Origin: Amoebidium appalachense
Taxonomy: Eukaryota > Protista > Ichthyosporea
NCBI GenBank assembly: GCA_963693365.1
Contig: CAVNZM010000001.1
Location: 12,612,161-12,676,160 of the forward strand
Reading direction: 5' to 3'
Length of the DNA stretch: 64,000 bases
A program made the translations under genes and the position numbers. The notes beneath the pieces are model-generated. The model was given only the letters and a program-made list of their open reading frames with translations, did not search any database and was not told where the DNA came from. Of the stretch, positions 34,597 to 46,130 are shown one piece after another; the first letter of the stretch is position 1; each line of letters starts with the position of its first letter.

Positions 34597-35593
34597 GGGA
34601 GTGATGCAAATACACGTAGACACACGGGGGGAGGGGGAGGGAGGGGAGGAGACCGAGGAGGAGTGTGAACGTAGTCGTAGGAATTTAATTTATTATCATA
34701 GGTGTCTCCGTAGGTATCAAGCTTATGGTGTAGATTAATTTATTATTTTTCTTCGTAATTTATTTAATTTAATTTTTTTTAGGAGACTGATTAGTCTATG
34801 TCTTTTTAGGGGGTGTTAGATGTAATGTGACTGAGGTGGGACTCAGCTTTTCCGGGGGCCGGGGGGGGAGTTGACATATACTAATCCGTCTCAGCAGATT
34901 AGCCTAAGTCTACGATCGAGATCGGGGGGGGGGGGGGGGGGGGGGTGGCCCGGGTCCACAGATCATCAAGATCAAGTCCGGGGCCTCAAGATAGGTGTAC
35001 AGCTGCGTGCATCATCTTGCCTCTGCCGGCGCAGGGCATTGGACCACGTCAGCCGGGACAGCCGTCCAATAGAATTCTAATTAGTGTGTAGGATAGATCG
35101 TAGGAGGACTTAGGAATGTGATTGTTCGGGCAGAAGCCCTTTTGTAAGTATTGGCAAGGTTAGATAGTGTATGTTGCCAAACGTATTTACTATATATGTA
35201 GATGTAGAGGAAAGGGGGGGAGGGAGGGGGGGGGAGGATAGTATGAAATGTAGATTTAGACTCTGCGGTGCCACTAGGGGGAGGGTGAGGGGTGAGACTT
35301 GGATAAATATATTAGTTGAGTAGATCGACTTAGCTCGTGCAGGCGCACGATAAAAGTAGATCGGAATGTTAATGGAATGTGGCATCGTAGGGGGCCAGGT
35401 GATGATGATCTTGTAGGGCACGGCCTTGATGGCCTCAGTCGTAACTTAGACTCATTCCGTTCGGATCTAAGTTTGCCCGTCGGAGCCTGGTCTTAATAAA
35501 CTTTACCGTTTTTCTGTACACGTTCGTTCCTTTTCGTGTGTGTACACTTAGTAGAGTGCCGCGTCTCTAGTACACATACATTAGGATACGACA

Positions 35594-36978
35594 GTGGACT
35601 GATTGTCACAGTACACTGGGGTGGGCTCGGTCATGGGGTAGCCCAGCTCCTTTAGTAGATCACGGTGCCAGACAACATCTTGCACGGCAGCATTGAGGGC
35701 CAGGAGCTCGGCCTCACAGGTGGAAGTTGCAGTGATCGTCTGCAGCTTGGAGTGGTAGGTGACGGGGGAGCCTTCGAGGAGGATGACGTACCCAGACGTG
35801 GAACGACGGGTGGTGGGGCAACCAGCAAAGTCAGAATCCGAGTAGCACTCAAGGATGGGCACCTTGCTGTTGGGGGCCTTCTTCTTGTAGTAGAGGCCGA
35901 GGTTGATGGTGCCGAGCAGGTAACGAACGACACGGAGGAGAAGCTCCCAGGCAGTCTTGGTGGGCTTGGAGCTGAATCGGCCGAGGTAGCCAATGGCATA
36001 CGAGATGTCAGGCCGGGAGCACCGAGCAACCCACAGCAGACGGCCGAGGAGTTCACGGTAGGGGACGGTGGTGGGCAGGGATGAGAGGGAGGTCTCGTTG
36101 ATGATGGTGCCCACGGGAATAGGGGTTGCCTTAGGCTTGGCATCGACCAGGTTGAAGTCGGTGATGATGTCCTTGATGTAGGAGGACTGCAGCAGCTTGA
36201 GGGAGTCACGGGTGTACAGCAGTTGGGTGCCGAGGAAGATGTCTGGCAGACCGACCTTGCACTCGGCAGACTTCGTGATGTGACGAACAAGCCCCTGCAT
36301 GATGGTGGAGTTCCGTGTGCAGGTGATGATGGCATCATCAACGTAGTTGCCCGAACGGATGATGTGCCCATTGGGGAACTGACGGAAGTAGACACACGGA
36401 TCGGAACGGAGACGGGTGAGGCCGTGGGCAATGAGAATGGAGTTGAAGAACTCGTACCATGCCAGGGATGCCTGCTTGAGTCCGTAGATGGCCTTCTTGA
36501 GTTTCCAGACTTTGTGTTCAGTGCCAGGGAGGATAAAACCAGGAGGTTGCTCCATGTACAAAGTCTCGTCGAGGGGGCTGTTGAGGAAGGCCGTGCTGAT
36601 GTCGAGTTGATGGATCTCGTGGTCCTGTTGCACACCGAGGGCAAGCAGGGCACGGACGGAGGAGGACATGACGACGGGGGAAGAGTTTTCACCGTAGTCA
36701 ACACCGTAGACTTGGGTGAAACCCTTGGCCACACCACGACCCTTGATCTTGGTGTCACCAGCAGAGTTGAGGACCTTCTCCGTGACAATCCACTTGAATC
36801 GGATGATGTTGGCATCGGAGGGGGGCTCAACTACGTCGAAGATGTCCTTGTCGATGAAAGCCTTGTACTCGGCAGTGAGGGCAGTCACCACTTCATCACC
36901 CTTGGTGCCGGAGCACAGCTTCTGAATTGACCGGGGCAGCTGAGACACATCAAGGCTGGGTCGGGAGATGCTCACCAT
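35594..36978 (-). CDS. Copia 2 reverse transcriptase-RNase H (frameshifted from the upstream ORF, interrupted at its end)
   Basis: KGRGVAKGFTQVYGVDY, QLDISTAFLN, KKAIYGLKQA, YVDD, SRPDISYA, YSDSDFAG...RRSTSGY, STCEAE, YCDNQS. Confidence 0.93.
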
Positions 36979-39818
36979 AGCAAGGCAGGCCGGGAGGAGA
37001 GACGGGAGGAACGACGGGGAACGGTACGGAGGGGCTCAGGGGCCGGGGGGTTGTCTGGGACAGACACTCGGTGGTCGGGGATGGGGGCCTGGAAGCCAGG
37101 GATGGGTGCCGTGTTGAGGGGGGAGTCGGATAACACGGGGCTGGACGGGGCCGAGTGGAACTCCGGAGACCCAGGACGAACCGGGGTGAGATGACCAGGT
37201 ACGTGGTCATTGACGGCAGGGGCCGGCAGCAGGGGTTGCTGACCGGTGGGGGGGGGGGTGGGTGGAGCCACGGGGGCAGGTACACGACGGGGGGAACGAC
37301 GGATAATCACCGACGGAATTTCATCGTCATCGGAATTGGAATTTCCGGAATGCAGGGATGAATCGATTGAGGTCGTCTGATTGGTGGCCTGCACAGAAAT
37401 CTGATTGGATGCCGTGGTGAATTGTGATTCGTCGAAGACGACATCGCGGTAGAGGTTGACCGTGTTGCCACGTAGATTCATGATCTTGTGGGCTTTGTTG
37501 GTGATATCCCAGCCCACGTAGGTGCCGAGTTTGACGGTAGAGGCCAACTTGTCTCGTTTGGATGCAGGGACGTGTACATAGGCTGGGCAGCCGAACACGT
37601 GCAGGTGGGAGATGTCAGGCTTGACACCGTAGAAAATTTCAAACGGTGTACGGCCATTGGCAGCTCTGGCCGGGGTCACGTTGATGATGTAGGCAGCATG
37701 CTTGAGAGCAGCTCCCCACAGCTTGGGGGAAAGGGAGTCGGCCTTGTCCTGATGAAGGAAGCACCGAACGATCTCCTGCAGATCCCTCATCTTACGTTCA
37801 ACGAAGCCGTTGAGTTGGGGGCAGTCAACCGGGGCAAATTCCTGAATGATGCCCTTGGACTGACAGTACTGCTCCATAGCGTGGGAGGTGAACTCGGACC
37901 CAGAGTCTGAACGGAAGTGGGTCACCACCTTGTCGGGTTGCTTGTCAGTAGTCTCAACCAGGGCCTTGACGTATTCGAGAGTTTCGGATCGATCACGGAG
38001 GAGGTACACGATGGTGTAGCCGGAGGCATCACAGGTACACACGAGGGCCACTTTGTAGCCACCATAGGAGGCACAGGGAGGCTCGAAGAAGTCCATGTGC
38101 CACTTGGCACCGAGGAAGGGGCACTGGGTTCTGGTGCCGGAGAATGGGGCCTTGGTGGTCTTGCCGGAGACACAACCGAAGCAGTCAGTGGTGTCAGCCA
38201 CTGAGAGGGATGAGGGGAGGCCTGTCACGAGGTCACCTCTCACCATCTTGGTGAGGGTGGACAGGGCACGATGGCCGAGACGGTGGTGCCAGAGCTGAGG
38301 ATCATTGTTGACCTTGACGTTGGCTACCAGAGCAGTGACGGTCCGAGGGATGGAGGGACGTATCTCATAGTCAGTGATGAAGTACAGTCCATCTGTGCCT
38401 GTGAGGGAACACACGATGTTGCCACCACGAGTGTAGAGGTAGGATGGGAATTCATCCTCATCATCTAGGTGGGCAAGGAGGCCCGACTTGGAGGCCATTG
38501 AGGGTGATATCAGGAAGGCTGGGGAATCGGGTACATAGAGGGTGTTGAGGCTCAGTACTGATGTTACTCCGTTGTAGGTGACGGCCAGGTTGATGACACC
38601 ACGGTGATGTGCAGTGACGATGCCGAGGCCGTGGACGTCAGTCGGGGGGCATGGCTCAAGAGTAGAGAAGTACTCTTTTACTGGGCACACGTGGACGTTT
38701 GAAGCCGAGTCCCAGCAGGGGTCCATGGGTAGGGAGGCCGTGGTGGACACGAGGGCAAAATGCACCTCTTTTCCAGACTTGGTGTTGGCACGGTGACGAC
38801 GGGCAATTGAGCAGCCAGGTTTGTCACACTGTGTGACATGATGGTCTTCGTGACAGTAGGCACAGTCGAGGGAGCCAGTGGTCTTGGCTCGGGGTGGCTG
38901 GGAATGACGGTTACCCCCTTTACGTGGGGGGTAGGGTGACCGGGAACGATAGCCCGGGGAACGGGACCGTGAGTAATCACGGTCAACTGAGGGGGATCGA
39001 TCGGTGGGACGACCGCGGGGGTGACGGGAGACGGAGCTGTCACGTCGGGGGATCCGGTGTCTGAGGTCGTCCTTGGTGAGTACACGGCTTTGCAGGGCAC
39101 GTGCTGTTCGGACGGTGGAAGAGGACCCGGACCCAGAGTCGATGAGACCTTCACGGATCTCTGCAGCTCTGATGTCACTGATTAGACGGTTGTAGGTCTC
39201 GTAGTTAATGGTACGACGGAAGTAGTCGGCAATCATGGCCTGGATGTCGGTACAAACTAACTTACGGTTCTTCTTGAGGTGGATGAAGAAGTTATCAACC
39301 ATAGTCTTGTGAGGAATGGGCTCTTCGAGGATGTGCAAGGTAGTGCACAGACGGCGTGCCATGGTGAGGTAGGCCGTGACGGTCTTGAAGTCTTTGAGTT
39401 CAAGCTCATGGTAGTCGAGGAGGATTTGACGAGCACGATCTTCACGTTCAGCCGCATAGGTCATACGGAGGTTGTGGAAAGCTTGGGCAGGTGACACATC
39501 ATCGTGGATTTGACCAGAGTTATACAGCTCATCATTGGAGACGAGTTGAGTAAACATCTGTTCAAGGAAGTTGGAAGCCTCGGTATAGGCCTCCTCAGTG
39601 TCATAGCCGTGCCACTCATTCTCGTCGGAAGGGTCGACCCACTCGGGGGCCTTGATGACGGGCACTAACTTGGCCGCGGTGGTGGTACGTAGGTACCGGA
39701 AGATGACGGGTTCCCACTCATAATAGGTGAGACGTTTGCCGGACTTCTTGTCCGTGGTGTCATCCCCTTTCCAGGGGGTGAGGTTGAGATACGCAGGTTT
39801 CTCCGACATGGTGATCAA
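36972..39818 (-). CDS. Copia 2 gag-protease-integrase
   Basis: CAYCHEDHHVTQC knuckle, CWDSASNVH protease, LWHHRLGH...CFGC, WHMDF, FRSDSGSEF, PQLNGFVER, HLHVFGC. Confidence 0.92.
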   Translation of the reverse strand: MITMSEKPAYLNLTPWKGDDTTDKKSGKRLTYYEWEPVIFRYLRTTTAAKLVPVIKAPEWVDPSDENEWHGYDTEEAYTEASNFLEQMFTQLVSNDELYNSGQIHDDVSPAQAFHNLRMTYAAEREDRARQILLDYHELELKDFKTVTAYLTMARRLCTTLHILEEPIPHKTMVDNFFIHLKKNRKLVCTDIQAMIADYFRRTINYETYNRLISDIRAAEIREGLIDSGSGSSSTVRTARALQSRVLTKDDLRHRIPRRDSSVSRHPRGRPTDRSPSVDRDYSRSRSPGYRSRSPYPPRKGGNRHSQPPRAKTTGSLDCAYCHEDHHVTQCDKPGCSIARRHRANTKSGKEVHFALVSTTASLPMDPCWDSASNVHVCPVKEYFSTLEPCPPTDVHGLGIVTAHHRGVINLAVTYNGVTSVLSLNTLYVPDSPAFLISPSMASKSGLLAHLDDEDEFPSYLYTRGGNIVCSLTGTDGLYFITDYEIRPSIPRTVTALVANVKVNNDPQLWHHRLGHRALSTLTKMVRGDLVTGLPSSLSVADTTDCFGCVSGKTTKAPFSGTRTQCPFLGAKWHMDFFEPPCASYGGYKVALVCTCDASGYTIVYLLRDRSETLEYVKALVETTDKQPDKVVTHFRSDSGSEFTSHAMEQYCQSKGIIQEFAPVDCPQLNGFVERKMRDLQEIVRCFLHQDKADSLSPKLWGAALKHAAYIINVTPARAANGRTPFEIFYGVKPDISHLHVFGCPAYVHVPASKRDKLASTVKLGTYVGWDITNKAHKIMNLRGNTVNLYRDVVFDESQFTTASNQISVQATNQTTSIDSSLHSGNSNSDDDEIPSVIIRRSPRRVPAPVAPPTPPPTGQQPLLPAPAVNDHVPGHLTPVRPGSPEFHSAPSSPVLSDSPLNTAPIPGFQAPIPDHRVSVPDNPPAPEPLRTVPRRSSRLSSRPALLW

Positions 39819-40681
39819 TCAGTCAGATGATGCGTGAGAGAGGAATCAGATCGGTATTCAAATTTGAATATTTTTGATTGCAGCGAGAGTATGTGTTGCG
39901 AGAGCGTGCGAAAAATGGGCCTTTAACCTGTTGTTTTGTACGGGTCTAAGGGAGCAGAGTGCACAGAGGTGTCATGTAAAACACGACTAACACATTAATG
40001 AGAGGGCAATCGGAGTTGTTCACGAGACATTGAAAGATTTCAAACAACAACTGAATCTTTATTGTGCTCTCGGTTCCTTTTGTACTTGCGACTTATCACC
40101 TTATCACAACTAAAGAGGGAGAACCAATCGGTTCTATCAGAAGATAGAAAAACACATTCCGACAGAGCATACGCATTCCAACTTCCGATTAAACTAAAGT
40201 GTAGAAACTCTTACTTAAATAAATTAAGTAATTATACATCTAGTCACTATTAACTCACATATATATTTATGTTCGTCTCTATAAAGAAACTTATTTAAAT
40301 ACATATATTTCCCAATAGTCGACACTCTCAAAGTGAAGACACTTTGCAATAAACCGAATTCCATATATATCTATTGTCCAATCACAACACACATATATTT
40401 AACAGACAGGAATGCACAACACAATATCTACAGATGTACTCGCTCGCGACTATTGGCGAGCCATCCTTTTGAGAACAAAACTAGGCCATTTTGAAATAAA
40501 GGAAAGACAACGAGTGAGGCTAGCCAATCACGCTACCTCTCAGATAAACAGAGGAGAGCAAACAGAAATAAAAACACAATAAGTTCTTATCAGGCAAGAG
40601 AGCCAGGTGTGCACAGATCTACAGATCTCTGTGCCCACAGAAACAAGGGAGAGAGAGATACGGGGGGGGGGGGGGGGGGGG

Positions 40682-40738
<57 letters not shown>

Positions 40739-40847
40739 GGAGAGAGAGAGAGAGCACAAAGGAGGAAAGCAGACACGAATACAAACAAGCTAGGACACAT
40801 ACATACTTCAAGGCTCTTGCTGTCATACATGGTGACGTATTCCAACA

Positions 40848-41209
40848 TCCCTCCCCTCGTCGTACTGCTGCTCGTATATACGAGCCGTCACCTGGGGGGC
40901 CTGCTCGGCCCGGTACGGGTGCTCCTCCATCAGGGTGCATAAGTCGGCCATTGTTTTGTGGTCGATGCACTGTTTGATCATTAAGCACGAGGCCGCCACA
41001 GTGGGGGCCTTCTTTGTGTCTAACACTAGTGTGGGTGTGTTAGCTAGGAGTGTCCTAAGCCACCTAGGTATTTCCGAGTCGTGTTTGAGTGTAAAACTGA
41101 AAGCTGTGGTCTGTCTAACGTCTAGTGTATGAACCTGTGGTACCTGTGTGTGCAGGGAGCTATCCTCTGCTGCCAATGCGTAGAACATATCTACGTTAAA
41201 CTTAGCCAT
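40848..41209 (-). pseudogene. Gypsy A gag N-terminus, truncated by the Copia 2 insertion
   Basis: ATG ~160 bp after the 5' LTR, reading MAKFNVDMFYALAAED...QQYDEGRD; homologous to the start of B gag. Confidence 0.8.
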
Positions 41210-41247
41210 TGTGTGGTGTGTGCCCGAACTCGTGTGGTTGTGTTTAT

Positions 41248-41281
<34 letters not shown>

Positions 41282-42013
41282 CCTGTGTGTTTGAGGTGTA
41301 GCAACAGCCCAGAAGGAACTGTCACCGCGTTACCCTAGCGCGAAAAACCGCACTAAAAGAAAGGTGTAGCTTGTCGTATCCTAATATATGTGTACTAGAG
41401 ACGCGGCACTCTACTAAGTGTACACACACGAAAAGGAACGAACGTGTACAGAAAAACGGTAAAGTTTATTAAGACCAGGCTCCGACGGGCAAACTTAGAT
41501 CCGTACGGATTGAGTCTAAGTTACGACTGAGGCCATCAAGGCCGTGCCCTCAAAGATCATCATCACCTGGCCCCCTACGATGCCACATTCCATTAACATT
41601 CCGATCTACTTTTATCATGCGCCTGCACGAGCTAAGTCGATCTACTCAACTAATATATTTATCTATGTCTCACCCCTCACCCTCCCCCTAGTGGCACCGC
41701 AGAGTCTAAATCTACATTTCATACTATCCTCCCCCCCCCTCCCTCCCCCCCTTTCCTCTACATCTACAATGTATATATAAATACGTTTGGCAACACACTA
41801 TCTAACCTTGCCAATACTTACAAAAGGGCTTCTGCCCGAACAATCACATTCCTAAGTCCTCCTACGATCTATCCTACACACTAATTAGAATTCTATTGGA
41901 CGGCTGTCCCGGCTGACGTGGTCCAATGCCCTGCGCCGGCAGAGGCAAGATGCACGCAGCTGCCAGACAGCTATCTTGAGGCCTTGGTCTTGATCTTGAT
42001 GATCTGTGGACCC

Positions 42014-42044
<31 letters not shown>

Positions 42045-43399
42045 GATCTCGATCGTAGACTTAGGCTAATCTGCTGAGACGGATTAGTATATGTCACCTG
42101 ACTTTACCATCAAAGACTTGCATGCAAAAACCCAAACTCTCTGGTCTTTCCTTAAACGCCTAACCATTTTCTTTTCTTTTCACTTATTTCTACCCTAATT
42201 CTACCTTGTTCTTTTTGTTTTCTAGCGCGCAAACTATCATGCGGTGTCTTTTAGTTCGGAAACCAAACGGTGTCCGTGATCGGACAGTCGGACCCCAAAA
42301 CTGGGGGAAAACGGTTGCACCCATGATCTTTTGCGCGCCAAAAGCTACTCACCCTGCAGTCCTATTGGTTTCCTATAAAGACAAAAAAGGCAGGAAAATA
42401 CTAGACCTCATTGGCCATACCCAGCTTGTGGGGTGTTTCCTAGCGAAAACAACGCTAGCGACGCCGCCGAAAAAGATAGGACACTTTTGTCCTTTTTAGC
42501 CATTAATTAGGACCGATTTGTCCGGTTATGCGGATTATCACTGGCAGTCTCTACTAATAGTATGGTTAAAGTATGGAAAAGAATCAGAAACGGCCGCTAA
42601 GGGGACATTGCTGATCCTGCGGCGCATATCTGAGCAAGAAGAAAGAATGTGAAACATAGCTTTTTCTTGTGTTGGCGTGGGTGCATGGGAAAGGTGTGTG
42701 GGTTTAGGAGGAATGTGGGAAAAAAGTGCATGGAAAAGAGAGGAGCTGTGGTGGAAAAAAGTGTGTGTGCTGAGGTAGGGGCGTGGTGCATATGCTGCCG
42801 AACATCATCCCTAGAAGAGTCTAACGAGCTAGGCAGCTCGTTATTATTCAAAGCATTGATTGATGTTATAGCTCTGTTTGCCATCAGAAATAAAATCCAC
42901 TTCCTATTAAATCTACATCTACGTCTTGGAGACTTGAAACGACAACCGAGACCCTACAGCGGAACAGGAAATAAAGGGAGGGGTAACATATCTTGAGACA
43001 CGTGTGCCACTGGGAAAGAACGAGGGGGGCGGGTTGGTGCAATGGTAAGATCTCTGCGTGTCAAGCTCAAAGTCGCAGGATCGATCCTGGTTACTTCCGA
43101 TTTTTTCTGCCTCGACGGTCCACCGGTCCGGCCGCCCCCTAGAAGCCATCACCCCAGACCACGTCAAAGCAGCACCACCAATTTGTTATCACCCGGCCGT
43201 AAGACATGACGTCATGAACAGCACCGGCCCTCTGATGTCGACGGCGCGCCGCTTGGGCATCCCGGCCCAACGTTCAAGTGGGAGACCAATCCGAGTCAGC
43301 GGCCACGGTTCGGGTCAGCGTCCTGGGCATGGGGTCTTCCCTTTCAAGTCTTTATGTTTGTGTATGTGTCCCGGGTCGCTCCCGGCTGGTGTTGTTAAA

Positions 43400-43620
43400 G
43401 TGAGCTGTGCTCATTTCCCCACTAGCGTTGCTGCGGCTAGAACCGTGGGATAAGTCGTAACTAAAAATAGTGCCAGTTGGGTTCAATTAGAATCCTGACT
43501 TATGAGTGTGCTATACAGTACGATCTGTGTCTAGGCGGAAGACGGTAAGCTCCTGAGGCAGTGCCTCGCCGGGAGTGAAACGGGATAAAATAAATAAAAT
43601 AAAAAAAATAAAACTGGGAA
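43400..43620. repeat. structured dispersed repeat, copy 1 (inverted homolog at ~48840-49080)
   Basis: Shared words ACCGTGGG, GGAAGACGGTA and GGGATAAAATA occur in the same order around a hairpin, followed by an A-rich tract. Confidence 0.6.
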
Positions 43621-46130
43621 AGAACGAAACTCAGCTGGTTCCGTGGCAGCTGTGTTGGGGAACGAAGGCTGTGGACCGTGGCCTCCCCCTGCCTCAGCTG
43701 GGCAGCTGTGGGAGGCGCAGGGGACAGTGTTGCCATCAAGGCTTACTAGCGGTCCACACACGTCACTGTGACGACCCCCGCACCTCCCCACAGGGGGAGG
43801 CCGTGTGGTGACACCGAGCTCGACTATATCTAGTAGAGACCGTGCATTGACTCACAATGTTGTATATAAGAGGGTTCTGCTCGGAAAGAAGAGAGGCTCA
43901 CTTGCCCATGTCAAGGAAAGAAGAGCATGTATTTGTAATGCTTGGAGTTCAGATATTTCCACTGTGACTCAGGCTGTCTGTATAGGCAGAGAGACAGACA
44001 AAATCTACGTAATTTTTCACTCTACAAGACACCTCAGCGCTAGCGAGCTAATCAGCATGCTGAAGGGAAAAGACAAAATTTAATGTAAAGGTCTTATTAA
44101 TATGCAGAGCGAAAAAAAGAAACCTTGAAATGGAGGAGAATGAGCTGGTTAATGTTGAGTTGCCAGAATTCGTGTGACAATTGCAGAAATCAACAGGAAA
44201 AAGGACAACTAGCTAAGGCAACTAGTTTGTGCGCTTTTACACTAGCACCACCAAAACTTAGTTCAACCAACTAACTCTACATATCCCTTTTACCTCTGAT
44301 GCACACAAACGCTAAAATGAAAACCAAAGACTGAAATCCAAACGGCATGTACTCCTTTTTATATCCGTTCCCACGACGCAATTGGAATCTGAACCCAGAC
44401 TGTAGAAACCAATCAAATGCTTTTAAATCTGACCAAATCAGGACATGCAATCAAAACCAAACCACACTAACTATATATGGAAACCAGCAATCCAACACAA
44501 CCAATGCATGACAAATAACCAATCACCTCACCGCAATGCCACTCGGTGGATCTTCGTCTCTCACCGCTGCCTCCTCCCGCTTGAAACCACATTGTATGTG
44601 GTCAGGTCAGGCCCTGCCCCGGCAAAAAGCAGAAGTCGAAAGGTACGGTAGCGTACAAATGTAGTAGGTCTATAAATATGGATGGTGGTGCGGATTATGC
44701 ACTCATTATTCAGCTTTTTCCCTAATTTGCAAACTTGATGAATAAAACCGGGCAAAAAAGAAAAAGAAAAAGATGCTGAAACCACTTATTACTGTTTTCT
44801 TCTAGAAGAAAAATGGCCTATGCATATCGGAACCCTCTGAAGGTTCCGGCCCGCGCGAGCCTCCCACCAGTACCTGGACGCAAGCTCGCCGTCCGACTCG
44901 TAAGAGTGAAAGCCAGACATACGATTTGCAACATATGCATGGTTCTACCGGTATAACCTTTTTATAGCCTTTGATACAGTTACAAATAGTCCATACAACT
45001 TATAAACTTCAATCGTACAAAACGAAGTGTCGTAACGTTAGCTGCAGGTACAATTTTTACTGCGCTCTGGTAGCTATCATAAACAGTCAACTTGGAGACC
45101 AATCACCGCCCATTCTTTGCGTAAATGTACTAATCAGAAGATGGATGCCCGACGCCCGTCAAAAGTGGCGGCGCCGCGGGAAGCTCACAGAAGAAGTTGA
45201 ACTCCGGTCACGGTGCGCCTCTCAAACTAATAATGCAAAGCGCACAACAGAACTCTATATACAACAATTAAATAAATTCGCTTTATATGAGCCATTTCAC
45301 GATGAAAATGTGGTGTGGGGAGTTAATGGCCATATATATCAGCCCCCCGTCAGTGCCAGACTCACTGATATCCAGACTTTGAAAGTTTGCTATTGATCAC
45401 TATCGCGACTCGCGAGTCGCACAACAAACTCTGGCGCACAGCTATTGGTGGCTGGAACCAGAAAGAAAAACCAATCAAAAGGAGCTCTCAAATATAATAG
45501 ACTTGTTGCTGGGGGTCTTAAATACAATTTCTCAAAGGAGTAGTGTTTTTTATAATGACTTTATTGAGATGCTGTTATAAATGGAAATCACATGCACTTT
45601 TTAACTTCCATTTAACCCCTTTCAATACCGCAAAGGTGAATAAATTTATTTATGTACGAAAGTGTAATTATTACTAAACATATATGGTTTCATTGAAGGA
45701 GTAAGAAGTATACTGTCTGTCAATAGCGATTTCTAAATAATAATAAAAAAAATACAATCGACCATCCGAATGCCCCCACCTGTGTGAAGTCATTAAGGGG
45801 GATTACAATGGGCTGTAGGCGGTTTTCCTATTGGCCCAAGTTACTCCGCACAAGTCGCGGCGACTCGCTGCCAGACCGAAAAAACAACATGACACAACAC
45901 ATGAATGAGAAGAGACGTAGGTTGTGTTGTTTTTCACGATGAGCAACCAAGTTTATGGCCTCTCGTCAGCAAGTTTGTTTATTTGTCTTGTTTTGTAGCA
46001 TAGGTGTGCATTTATGGTTACGTTTCCACCATCCAAAATATATTTCGCAATACGTTGGGTAACCAACCATCACTGGCCAACACATGAAATATACTTAGGT
46101 ACCTTTAACACGACATTAAGGCCGTAGAGA

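Larger units (their letters stand above)
27983..35593 (+). mobile_element. Ty3/Gypsy element B (same family as A), gag and chromodomain deleted
   Basis: LTRs 27983-28715 and 34872-35593 (TGACATATAC...GGATACGACA). 5-bp TSD GTGGA at 27978-27982 and 35594-35598. [14 protein letters not shown]. Confidence 0.96.
27927..40847 (-). mobile_element. Ty1/Copia element 2; 3' end and 3' LTR deleted; interrupted by Gypsy B
   Basis: Probable 5' LTR 39929-40847 (minus strand TGTTGGAATACG...CAAAACAACA), followed by PBS GGTTAAAGGCCCA. RNase H continues across Gypsy B: YCDNQST at ~35594-35615 joins IALVHSNTIKHRTKHIA at 27927-27977. Confidence 0.88.
24839..42096 (-). mobile_element. Ty3/Gypsy chromovirus-type element A, interrupted by nested elements and an internal deletion
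   Basis: 3' LTR 24839-25570 and 5' LTR 41372-42096 are near identical. 5-bp TSD CCTGA at 24834-24838 and 42097-42101. PPT lies next to 25571. Gag start is 41209-40848; RNase H end, integrase and chromodomain are 27926-25754. Confidence 0.95.
21781..42540 (-). mobile_element. piggyBac-like DNA transposon (defective, ~3.5 kb without the nested Gypsy A) with TGATAAT...ATTATCA termini
   Basis: Imperfect TIRs: left TGATAATTCGCACA..CGGACACTTTTGTCCTAATTAA; right (reverse complement) TGATAATCCGCATA..CGGACAAATCGGTCCTAATTAA. Transposase remnants lie on the minus strand. The element is split by Gypsy A at TSD CCTGA. Confidence 0.7.

Noticed and set aside
35652-36930. 392-aa alternative-frame ORF and antisense ORFs over the Copia 2 RT
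   Set aside because: Shadow frames produced by strong C-ending codon bias; Ser/Pro-rich with no recognisable domain.
40540-40850. Apparent captured exon-intron-exon (GTATGT...(CT)n...CACAG, minus strand)
   Set aside because: It lies inside the probable Copia 2 5' LTR (TGTTGGAATA start at 40847) and the peptides have no recognisable homology.
43550-43585. Hammerhead ribozyme (CTGA...GAAAC)
   Set aside because: The core CTGANGA is not matched (CTGAGGC) and the second copy lacks GAAAC.
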